Assembly (NCBI GenBank): GCA_964016885.1
Contig: OZ024741.1
Coordinates: 56,792,001-56,856,000, forward strand
DNA length: 64,000 nt
Direction of reading: 5' to 3'
From: Eledone cirrhosa
Lineage: Eukaryota
A program made the translations under genes and the position numbers. The notes beneath the pieces were generated by a model. It was not told the DNA's origin and searched no databases. It was given only the letters and a program-made list of their open reading frames with translations. Shown here piece after piece: positions 55,146 to 64,000 of the stretch (position 1 is its first letter; each line of letters starts with the position of its first letter).

Positions 55146-57374
55146 ATGAGACAGAGCAGACCAGAGGCCCAACAACTTGGGATAAAACCTGTAGAAGGCT
55201 TGGTTAGCCTCAAGCAGCGCACAAGGGATGGTGAGGTAGTGTGTCTACCCACAGATAAGTCTGGTAGGATGTCAATAGATAGCATGCCGAACTACATCGA
55301 GGCAATGCAACCCCACATCACCAACACGAGCGAAGTTGCACAACTAACACACGATGGGAGAGAAAAAATCCTCAACGCTCACATGATGATGTGGACTGAC
55401 ATCCTAAAGCCAAGCAGACGCACTGCCAACAACTTCCAGGCGTCTAACAATGGCATACCACCCTTGTATGGGCTCCGCAAAGACCACAAGACAGTCGACG
55501 ACCCGACAATAGGACCACCAACAAGACCTGTATGCGGAGCTAATATAGCTAGCAACTACAGGATCTCCTACTTCCTCTCAATGGTTATACGCCCCATAAT
55601 CAAGATGTCCCCAGATGTATGTGAAAGTACAGAGGACCTCCTCAGCAGAATCAGTGAGTGCAACAAAAACAGGAGCCTATCCAACTGCATAATAGGCAGC
55701 ATGGATGTGGTGTCACTGTACCCATCCATTAACATTGATTTTGCTGTGAAAAGATGTGTGGAGATGATCATTGAGAGTGAGGTGGAGTTCTGCGACGTCG
55801 ACACAGACGAACTGGGCCTCCTACTTAGACTTACCTACGACACTGACTACCTAGACAGCCATGACCTTAGATGTTTCTGCCCTAGTAGACCTATAAGAGG
55901 TAGACCCCCCACCATAACCTCAATGGCTAAAAAGACTCCCATAGGAAGGTGGATTGGGTGGACCAAAGCTATACGGACCCCCCAAAACACTGATCAGGTA
56001 AGAAAAATGGTCGCACATGCAATAGGGGCTAGTATCAAAACTACCCTAAAGGGCCACATATTTAAGTTCAATGAGAAAATCTACACCCAAAATGAGGGAG
56101 CAGCCATCGGCGTCAGCATAGCTGGCGATGTTGCCAACCTTTTCATGGTATGGTGGGAAAGGAGACTTAAAGATCTCCTTAATGAAAGCTCCATAGACCT
56201 CATCATGTACTCTCGTTATGTAGACGATATCAATATAGTTATAAGAACACCCCCACTAGAGAGCACTAACAAGTTTGATTTAGAACGTAGCACGATGGAA
56301 AGCATCCAGCAGATAGCTAATTCCATACACCAGAGTATAACTGTAACTATAGACTTCCCTTCCAAACACCCTAACAATAGACTACCTGTATTAGACACAG
56401 AACTCTGGATTAACACTATAGACGAGAGAGCCCAAATTCTCCACTCACACTATGCTAAACCCATGGCCTCCAAATACCTGATACTCAAAAACTCAGCAAT
56501 GTCCAGTAGTGCTAAGTCTAATATTCTGATCGCAGATTTGGTACGAGTGATGAAGAATGTGTCCAGCATGTGCGACCCAACAGAAATGGAAGGACACATC
56601 CAACACTTCATCAACCGCATGCAGTTCTCTGGCTACAACCAAAGAGACAGAGTCAGAGTATACGAAGGAGCCATGGAAAAGTATAAGACCCTCATAGAAC
56701 TGGACATGAAAGGAATTTGCCCACTATACAGGAGCAAATCATGGAATAGCTTAGATAGGGCTAGACATAAGATAGGGAAGGCCACATCATGGTACGACAA
56801 CCAGAGATATCAGAGTGTCATGTTTGTGGACGCCACCCCTGGAGGGAAATTAGCTAACCAGTGTAGAAAGGCCCTGAGAAAGACCCACTTAAAAATAAAG
56901 GTGGTAGAAAAGCCAGGAACCACCATAAAATCCCTGATCAGCAAAACCTACCCTTTTAAGAAAACCCACTGTACCAATAGGAAATGTATCATATGTAAGG
57001 TGAACCCCCGGATAAACTGTAAAACTAGAAACGTAGTCTATAGCATAAGATGTACAGAGGGTACTTGCAGAAACACGACAACAACATACATAGGTGAGAC
57101 AGCTCGTAGCATAGATGAAAGGATAGACCAACACTGGGGGGAACTAAAAGGACGAAAAAACGGGTCAGTACTATACGAACATGCTAGACAACATCATGAC
57201 GGTAACATAGACAACATAGAAATTAGAATAATATCTAAACATAGGAATGACCCAGCAGATAGGCAAATCAGAGAGGCCAGTGAAATAGAAATTAGAAGAC
57301 CAAAGCTAAACAGAAAGAATGAGTGGAACAACAACAACACCCAAACAAACAACACTGACCTAAGAGAAGTATAA
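55146..57374 (+). CDS. 5'-truncated inverted PLE ORF copy 3 (RT and GIY-YIG), starting at internal Met MRQSRPEAQQ
   Basis: Uninterrupted frame matching copy 1 apart from SIGE>SIDE. Confidence 0.8.
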   Translation: MRQSRPEAQQLGIKPVEGLVSLKQRTRDGEVVCLPTDKSGRMSIDSMPNYIEAMQPHITNTSEVAQLTHDGREKILNAHMMMWTDILKPSRRTANNFQASNNGIPPLYGLRKDHKTVDDPTIGPPTRPVCGANIASNYRISYFLSMVIRPIIKMSPDVCESTEDLLSRISECNKNRSLSNCIIGSMDVVSLYPSINIDFAVKRCVEMIIESEVEFCDVDTDELGLLLRLTYDTDYLDSHDLRCFCPSRPIRGRPPTITSMAKKTPIGRWIGWTKAIRTPQNTDQVRKMVAHAIGASIKTTLKGHIFKFNEKIYTQNEGAAIGVSIAGDVANLFMVWWERRLKDLLNESSIDLIMYSRYVDDINIVIRTPPLESTNKFDLERSTMESIQQIANSIHQSITVTIDFPSKHPNNRLPVLDTELWINTIDERAQILHSHYAKPMASKYLILKNSAMSSSAKSNILIADLVRVMKNVSSMCDPTEMEGHIQHFINRMQFSGYNQRDRVRVYEGAMEKYKTLIELDMKGICPLYRSKSWNSLDRARHKIGKATSWYDNQRYQSVMFVDATPGGKLANQCRKALRKTHLKIKVVEKPGTTIKSLISKTYPFKKTHCTNRKCIICKVNPRINCKTRNVVYSIRCTEGTCRNTTTTYIGETARSIDERIDQHWGELKGRKNGSVLYEHARQHHDGNIDNIEIRIISKHRNDPADRQIREASEIEIRRPKLNRKNEWNNNNTQTNNTDLREV

Positions 57375-57638
57375 ATAAATAAGTAAATTAAATTAAATAA
57401 AATGAGATAAATAAATACATACACAAGCACATAAACACACACTAGTCACCCAGCAGACACAACACTATACACACTAGTCACACATAACACTATACACACA
57501 CGCAAACGCATGCGCAAAGAAGACAAAATAAAATAAGATAAACAAACAAGCAAATAAATAAATAAATATATAGACAGACTGAACAAAAAAAAAAAAAAAA
57601 AAATGGCGTAGACATACAACACAGCAGGAGGAACAATG

Positions 57639-57692
57639 AATATAACACCACTGACGATATTGCAGATGTGCAGCGAAAGATTTATGTAAACT
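57639..57692 (+). ncRNA. pLTR hammerhead motif (family H), copy 3
   Basis: CTGACGA tattgcagatgtgcagc GAAA; one stem II substitution relative to copies 1 and 2. Confidence 0.55.
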
Positions 57693-57980
57693 ATATATAT
57701 ATGTGTTTGTCTATATTGTATCTGTATTATTTTTGACCGCCGGTCAGTCAATGGCAACATTGAGGACCGAGTAAGTTAGATCGCAGATATATATATATAA
57801 AAGACAGCGAGAAGCGAAAACCAACCAAACAGTGAGTGTGTTCTGTTATTAATTCTGGCAATATTACGCAAATATGACCCTCCCCAAATATAACAATATC
57901 TGTTTCGACACACGATTTCATATAAAAAACCTCGCAAAACTAATTCATCGCCGCTATATATATATATATATATATATATA

Positions 57981-58990
57981 AATGGAAAAGAATGAAACGA
58001 AATTTCATTTCTCACTCTTAGTACGGCTGATACTTAAATGTAAGTATGTATGTATACGTACATACATATATGTATACAGACGTACAGTAGTATGTATATA
58101 TATACATACATGCACACATATATATATATATATGTATATGTACGTATCGGTTTACCGAACATTTATTATAATGTTCGGTTTGTTTGTTTGTAAACAAACA
58201 AACAGCCCGAATTACGCCGTACAGTGTTCAAGCAACCATCGTCGCCCTTTTGTTCAACACTGACACAGGAACTATGTAATAGTTTCAAGCTTATTAGCTA
58301 TCGTCAGCATCGTATACCTTTCTGCCAGATGATTGAACGTCTGAAAGTATATACTTTCCTTATGCATATTAACGGCTGAGCAGCCTAATTTGCATATCAT
58401 GTTAATAAGCTTGAAACTAGTACATCGTTCCTGTGTCAGTGTTGAACAAAAGGGCGACGATGGTTGCTTGAACACTGTACGGCGTAATTCGGGCTGTTTG
58501 TTTGTTTACAAACAAACAAACCGAACATTATAATAAATGTTCGGTAAACCGATATGTACATATATATATGTGTGCATGTATGTATATATACATACTACTG
58601 TACGTCTGTATACATATATGTATGCAGGTATACATACATACTTACATTTAAGTATCAGCCGTACTAAGAGTGAGAAATGAAATTTCGTTTCATTCTTTTC
58701 CATTTATCGTTTTCGGTGCGCCCGGTCGACTAACTCACTCAATATGCAAATTAGGCTGCTCAGTCGTTAATATGCATAAGGAAAGTATATACTTTCAGAC
58801 GTTCAATCATCTGGCAGAAAGCTATACGATGCTGACGATAGCTAATAAGCTTGTAACTAGTACATCGTTCCTGTGTCAGTGTTAAACAAAAGGGCGACAA
58901 TGGTTGCTTGAACAGTGTACGGCTTAATTCGGTCTGTTTGTTTACAAACAAACAAACCGAACATTATAATAAAGTTCGGTAAACCGATAC

Positions 58991-58995
<5 letters not shown>
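57981..58995 (+). mobile_element. Retrozyme-like element, 440-bp monomer homologous to 32265-33036: inverted copy plus about 1.3 tandem copies
   Basis: taataagctt at 58403 and 58843; 57981-58399 is inverted; family C HHR at 58271-58313 (-), 58826-58868 (+, GAAA>GTAA) and a 3' half at 58403-58428. Confidence 0.8.
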
Positions 58996-59033
<38 letters not shown>

Positions 59034-59323
59034 TAAGGTAATGAATTCTTTTACAATGGAATCAGCTCGAAGGAGGGAAAATACCCCCTGAGCAGTTTAT
59101 AATGTGATGAAACACAGTTTATGTATGTGATGAAACACAGATACCAACACATCTGTATATATATATTGCAAAAGAAAAATTTAGCCAGATTGAAGTATAC
59201 TAATTATTATACTACAGTTTGTCCATATCGATTTAAAATAATAAATCAACGGAGAAGAACTGTATTGCCAAGAGGCCGTGATGTTTAGACACATTTAAAT
59301 TTCAAAATCAAACCTGTTCCGTA

Positions 59324-59407
59324 GATAAGTTTAGACTTTAAGATCCAAATATGTTTCGAGTTAAATAAGTGTAGGAATATCATGTCCCGCTCTCCTCAGT
59401 AAACATC
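59324..59407 (-). ncRNA. Type I hammerhead (family I)
   Basis: Reverse complement of 59747-59830. Confidence 0.65.
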
Positions 59408-59746
59408 CAGAGACAAATTGATATGCTTCACTTCTAAATAATTTAAAAGACTGCGTGACGCACATGGCTTTACAGTATCTAACTAGTCTCATAACCGTAC
59501 TGCTAGAAATAACAGTCGTATATATGAGGCGGCTTGCAGCTCAAACTAGGAGCAGTTAAAATTAATAAGGTAATGAATTCTTTTACAATGGAATCAGCTC
59601 GAAGGAGGGGAAAATACCCCCTGAGCAGTTTATAAATTAATATGTATGTGATGAAACACAGATACCAACACATCTGTATATATAAGCCATGTGCGTCACG
59701 CAGTCTTTTAAATTATTTAGAAGTGAAGCATATCAATTTGTCTCTG

Positions 59747-59830
59747 GATGTTTACTGAGGAGAGCGGGACATGATATTCCTACACTTATTTAACTCGAAA
59801 CATATTTGGATCTTAAAGTCTAAACTTATC
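59747..59830 (+). ncRNA. Type I hammerhead (family I) with long stem II and stem III loops
   Basis: gatgttta CTGAGGA gag...ctc GAAA c...g TC taaac-tt-atc; GUC site. Confidence 0.65.
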
Positions 59831-60069
59831 TACGGAACAGGTTTGATTTTGAAATTTAAATGTGTCTAAACATCACGGCCTCTTGGCAATACAGTTCGTC
59901 TCCGTTGATTTATTATTTTAAATCGATATGGACAAACTGTAGTATAATAATTAGTATACTTCAATCTGGCTAAATTTTTCTTTTGCAATATATATATACA
60001 GATGTGTTTATATATATATATATATATATATTAATGTGAGAAAAACCACAGACCCTCCATCTCAACTCA

Positions 60070-60107
60070 CCTTTTGAAAAGCAGAAGAACTGCGAAACCG
60101 GTAAAGG
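60070..60107 (+). ncRNA. Best-preserved U3-A8 hammerhead-like motif (family G)
   Basis: cctt TTGAAAA gcag aagaa ctgc GAA ACCGGT A aagg; stems I and II perfectly paired, stem III palindromic. Confidence 0.7.
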
Positions 60108-60240
60108 AACCAAATAAATATATATATTTTTTTTAAAAAATAAGACTCCAGTTGCATTTTCGATTTCATCTCTTTTTCTTTATACTTTCACTCGTGTAGG
60201 ACACCTCGGTTATTTTTCATTTTGTAAAAAAAAACCTCAG

Positions 60241-60287
<47 letters not shown>

Positions 60288-60355
60288 CATGTATGTATAT
60301 ATATACATACTACTGTACGTCTTTATACATATATGTATGTACATATACATACATA

Positions 60356-60404
<49 letters not shown>

Positions 60405-60516
60405 TGTAACGTTTTTCGAAATATTTACTTCTGCGTTCACAGATTGAATCTTTTAGTTTCAAAAGATCCCGTTAAGGATGAAAGCAGCGATTCTTTGCTT
60501 AAACTTTAATCTGTTA

Positions 60517-60583
<67 letters not shown>

Positions 60584-60767
60584 TAACTCGTGTGCTTCCT
60601 CTCCACATTTTATTATTATTATATATAAATATATATATATATATATAATTATATATTCGTGTTCAGATATTTTTGCATACACAATAACAAAATATAAACA
60701 AACGTATTTATTTCACCTGGCTCGATAAGGATAAATATATATCAAATATATAAGAACCCTAGAGCAA

Positions 60768-60798
60768 ATCCCGAGCAACGCCGGGCCATTCTGCTAGT
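60768..60798 (+). mobile_element. Helitron-type 3' terminus
   Basis: cccgagcaacgccggg hairpin followed by ccattctgCTAGt. Confidence 0.55.
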
Positions 60799-61061
60799 GT
60801 ATAATAAACATATATAAGTCTCGCTATGACTGTTTTAAGCTGGGATCATGCTACAGGTATCTCAGTAGCCGCCTGAAAGATTACATTACACTATAGAATA
60901 TATTCTTTTTCCGTATTAAACATCTGCTGGCGAAGTTCATTTGTATATAGTGTGTGCTTGACTTAGCTTTGATTAATTGCGTGTTCATAATGGAGATTTA
61001 TACGAATCATATACATATATATATATATATACATATACATACACACACGACACGCACTTAA

Positions 61062-61127
<66 letters not shown>

Positions 61128-61449
61128 ATATATATATATGTGTGTGTGTGTATATATATATATACACACACACACATATATATATATGTGATTTCGATTC
61201 CTGGACCAGGCGATGCGTTATGTCCTTGAGCAAGACACTTTATTTCACGTTGCTCCTTCTACCTGGAGTTGCGACCGATAGATAGTATTAGCAATTGGAA
61301 AGACCAACGGAAACATTGTTCCCTCGGTGCGATTTGACGAAAGTCGATCGTTCCTTTATATATATATATAATATATACATATATATATATATATAATATA
61401 TACATATATATATAATATAATATATATATGTATATATATATATATATAG

Positions 61450-61833
61450 TGAAAAATTGAACGGGAACAAAACAGAGAGGCAGTACGAACAAAGGTTTAT
61501 TAATTTCACGCTCTTGAGAGTGGGGTGGTGGTGGGGAACGACGTTTCGGGCATAAGCCCTTCTTCAGGTGAAAAGTGTATGGGAAGAGAGTTCAAAGGGT
61601 GTGTAGGGGAGTGGTGAAGAGACATATAGCAAAAAGGGGGTGAGAGGAAACGGTGCAAATGAAATTAAAAATGAAATTAAAAATAAAGGCATGATCAAAA
61701 TAAAATTAAAATGGGGTAAAACAGGTGGTGGAAGGGTGTGGGGCGTGTAGGGGTGGTGGCGGGTGGAGTGGGGAGAGGGAGACGGGGTGTCCGAGCGGGG
61801 AGGGCTGAAGGTGGTGTGTGTGTGTAGGTGTAC

Positions 61834-61866
<33 letters not shown>

Positions 61867-64000
61867 AAAGCAAGGGTTGGGGGAAGAACGGGGTTGCATG
61901 TTCAGGAAGAGGTGTGTGTGGGGTGGGGTGTAGGTCGGAGTGTGTATGCGTGTGTGGATAGAGGGGTGGGGGGAGAGGATTCCGGAGGCTGAATGTGTAA
62001 ATATGTGATGGTACACATGTGTGTGTGTGGCGTTTATGCGTGTTGTGGATGTAGGTGGCGTGTGGGAAAACATTTTTTTTTGGTTGTATGTCTGGGGTAA
62101 GTCGTAAAGCTAATTCCGTAAAAAGATGTGGTGGAAGGAATGCTGAGTAAAATCCTTGGGATGCGGTAGATTCTCGGGATCAAGGTTCACATATGTGTAA
62201 TCCGTGAAGAGATTGGTCGGAAGAGGGGAGATGTGGGGTGCGCGCGCAACAGGAAGTGGTCAGAGGGTCAAGGCAGGAGGAGGGTTGTGTGTCTGTGTGT
62301 GCGGGGAGGTGGTCAGAGAGGCATAGCAGCAGTAGGGTAGAATGGTAAGTGAAGAAAGTCGGTGTGTCAGTGTGTGCAGAGGTGCGGTGGACAGGGGAGA
62401 GGATGGGTAGGTGTGAAAGTTGGAGTAGGGAGGGGGTTGTGTGTGTATTAGTAGAGGTGTTAGTGGGATGTGTGAGTGTTTGAGAAAGGATGTGGGTGGA
62501 GCGAGGAGAGAAGGATGTGGGGGTCGATGGAGGGAGTGTAGTGTACTGGTGTGTGTGTGTGTGGTGAAGGGGGTGTTAGTGGGTGTTAGTATACTGGAGG
62601 TGGAGAAAGGGTTGAATGCGGGTGTGAGTGGGGGTCAGTGGTGGTAGGGGTCTGTAGAGTGGGTGGTGTAAGAGGTGTGGGTGTTCGTGTGCGTAGGGTT
62701 GGGGGTGTTAGTGATGTTAGTTGCGTGTAGAGTGGGTGGTGTAAGTGGGTGTGTGTGTTCGTGTGCTTGGGGTCAGGGGGTGTTAGTGATGTTAGTTGCG
62801 GGGTGGTGGGGTGGATGTGTGGGGGTGAGGGTTAGTGGTGGTAGTAGGGTGTGTGTTTAGTGTGAGTGCGTGTATATATGTACCAGTGGGTGTGTGCGTG
62901 TGATAAGGTGGGGGGAGGAGAAGAAGGGGGGATGTTAGTATGTTAGTTGGAGAAGGGTGGTCGGATGTGGGGTGGGCGGTGTAAAGGAGGGGTGTGTTAG
63001 TGGTGTTAGTGGGGGATATGTGTGGGGGGAGGGGGGCGGTCGAAGGCTAAAGAAATAAGGGTGGGGAGTTCAGGCCGGGGGGAGTGTGGGTCTGTAGGGT
63101 GAAGATGGTTCGTTGTTCGACCCTTAGGAGATTGGCGGGTGTTCCGTGGCATTGGAGTAGGCCACAGACTGTGAGGTGGTGTGCGGAATGTCCAGGGGCA
63201 CCAAAGTGGCGGGCGATGGGGGAACTACCACCGAGACGAATATCCCGGAGGTGCACAGTAAATCTGTCCGCCAGGCGACGTCCAGTCTGTCCGTAGACTA
63301 GGTTGGAGGAGGTGCAGCGGAAAGCATGCCGGACAGAGAGAGAGTGGCCGTTGGGACCCTGGAAGGTGGTGGTGTTGGTAATGTGGGGACAGGTGTTGCA
63401 GCGGGGCCTAGAACAGGGAAAGGAACCGGGAGGGCGTGGGTTGGGGGGTAGGGAGCTGTGGACGAGGAGGGTGCGGAGATTACGTGCGCGTTTGAAGGAG
63501 GGGAGTGGTGGACTGGGAAGATGTAGGAGGTGGAGGGGTAGGACTGGAGGCGTCGGAAGAGGCGGAGGATGGTGCGGTGGAGGGGTATGGTGGAGGGGTG
63601 GTAGGTGATGGAGAAGGGGAGACGGTGGGTGGGTGTGCGGTGGCGTGGGGTGAGGGTGGTGGAGCGGTGGACAGCACGGGCGCGGGTGAGAGCGGTGTGG
63701 ACGAGAGAGGGGTGTAACCTCTGCGGATGAAATGGCTGACTAGGGAAAGGGCCTGGGACACAAAGTCAGCATCTCGGCTACAGAGGCGGCGGATCCTGAG
63801 GAGTTGGGAGTAGGGTATAGAGTGTTTAGTGTGTGTGGGGTGGGAAGAGGTGAAGTCGAGGTAGGAGTGGGAGTCGGTGGGTTTGAAGAAGGCGGAGGTG
63901 ACGAGGGAGTGGTGGGAGGGGTCGAAGGCGACGGAGATATCTAAGAAGTGGACGTGGGTGGTGGAGATAGAGGTGGTGAAGTGGATAGAGGGGTGGAAGG
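61450..64000 (-). mobile_element. Neptune-like PLE 3' portion (RT thumb, GIY-YIG, long C-rich 3'UTR, pLTR); continues beyond the window
   Basis: Minus-strand translation: FHPSIHFTTS..HFLDISV..FKPTDSHSYLDFTSSHP..SIPYSQLLRIRRLCS..RGY, CSRPRCNTC, CTSSNLVYGQTGRRLADRFTVHLRD..PIARHF..EQRTIFTLQTHTPPGLN (ends at 63047); pLTR homologue at 28410-28660. Confidence 0.88.
61537..61570 (-). ncRNA. Minimal hammerhead (family D)
   Basis: Reverse complement: cac CTGAAGA a-gggc-ttat-gccc GAA ACGT C gtt; palindromic ACGU stem III, weak stem I; degenerate copy at 28519-28546. Confidence 0.7.

Larger units (their letters stand above)
47616..57957. mobile_element. Young PLE locus: full-length copy (-), tandem 5'-truncated copy (-) and inverted 5'-truncated copy (+), inserted in (TA)n
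   Basis: 4133-bp period between copies 1 and 2; inversion junction at 55143-55144; only a handful of differences seen among copies. Confidence 0.95.
59031..60010 (-). mobile_element. Retrozyme-like element, period 532 bp, partial tandem plus inverted copy
   Basis: taataaggtaatgaattc at 59031 and 59563; 59685-60008 is the reverse complement of about 59146-59470. Confidence 0.7.

Noticed and set aside
57796-57835. TATAAAAG plus an Inr-like acagt as the pLTR promoter
   Set aside because: The spacing of about 35 nt is long and TATA-like strings are ubiquitous here; unsupported without TSS data

Overview
AT-rich animal genomic DNA, probably mollusc or cephalopod. This is inferred from the extreme (TA)n/(CA)n/(GA)n density, tRNA-derived SINEs with a Meta/MESC-like core and an RTE with a PHD-like insert. 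Most listed ORFs are microsatellite artefacts. The only host-gene piece is one minus-strand coding exon of a CACNG/TARP (claudin-superfamily) gene at 11561-11753. The rest is retroelement DNA: a decayed RTE LINE, SINEs, a Tc1/mariner fragment, Helitron-like pieces, a 29-bp satellite and four Penelope-like element (PLE) loci. One PLE locus is very young and triplicated in tandem plus inverted form (47616-57957), with an intact 1210-aa RT/GIY-YIG ORF carrying an Asn-rich tract and an IFD-like insertion. The main hidden signal is about 20 type I hammerhead ribozyme (HHR) motifs from roughly ten families, mostly minimal with palindromic stem III (dimer type), including a U3-A8 core variant. Four non-coding loci have 421-532 bp HHR-bearing monomers in partial tandem plus an inverted piece, inserted in (TA)n. 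They look like retrozymes (small circular-RNA retroelements) mobilised by PLEs. All structures were read by eye and need computational and experimental confirmation.
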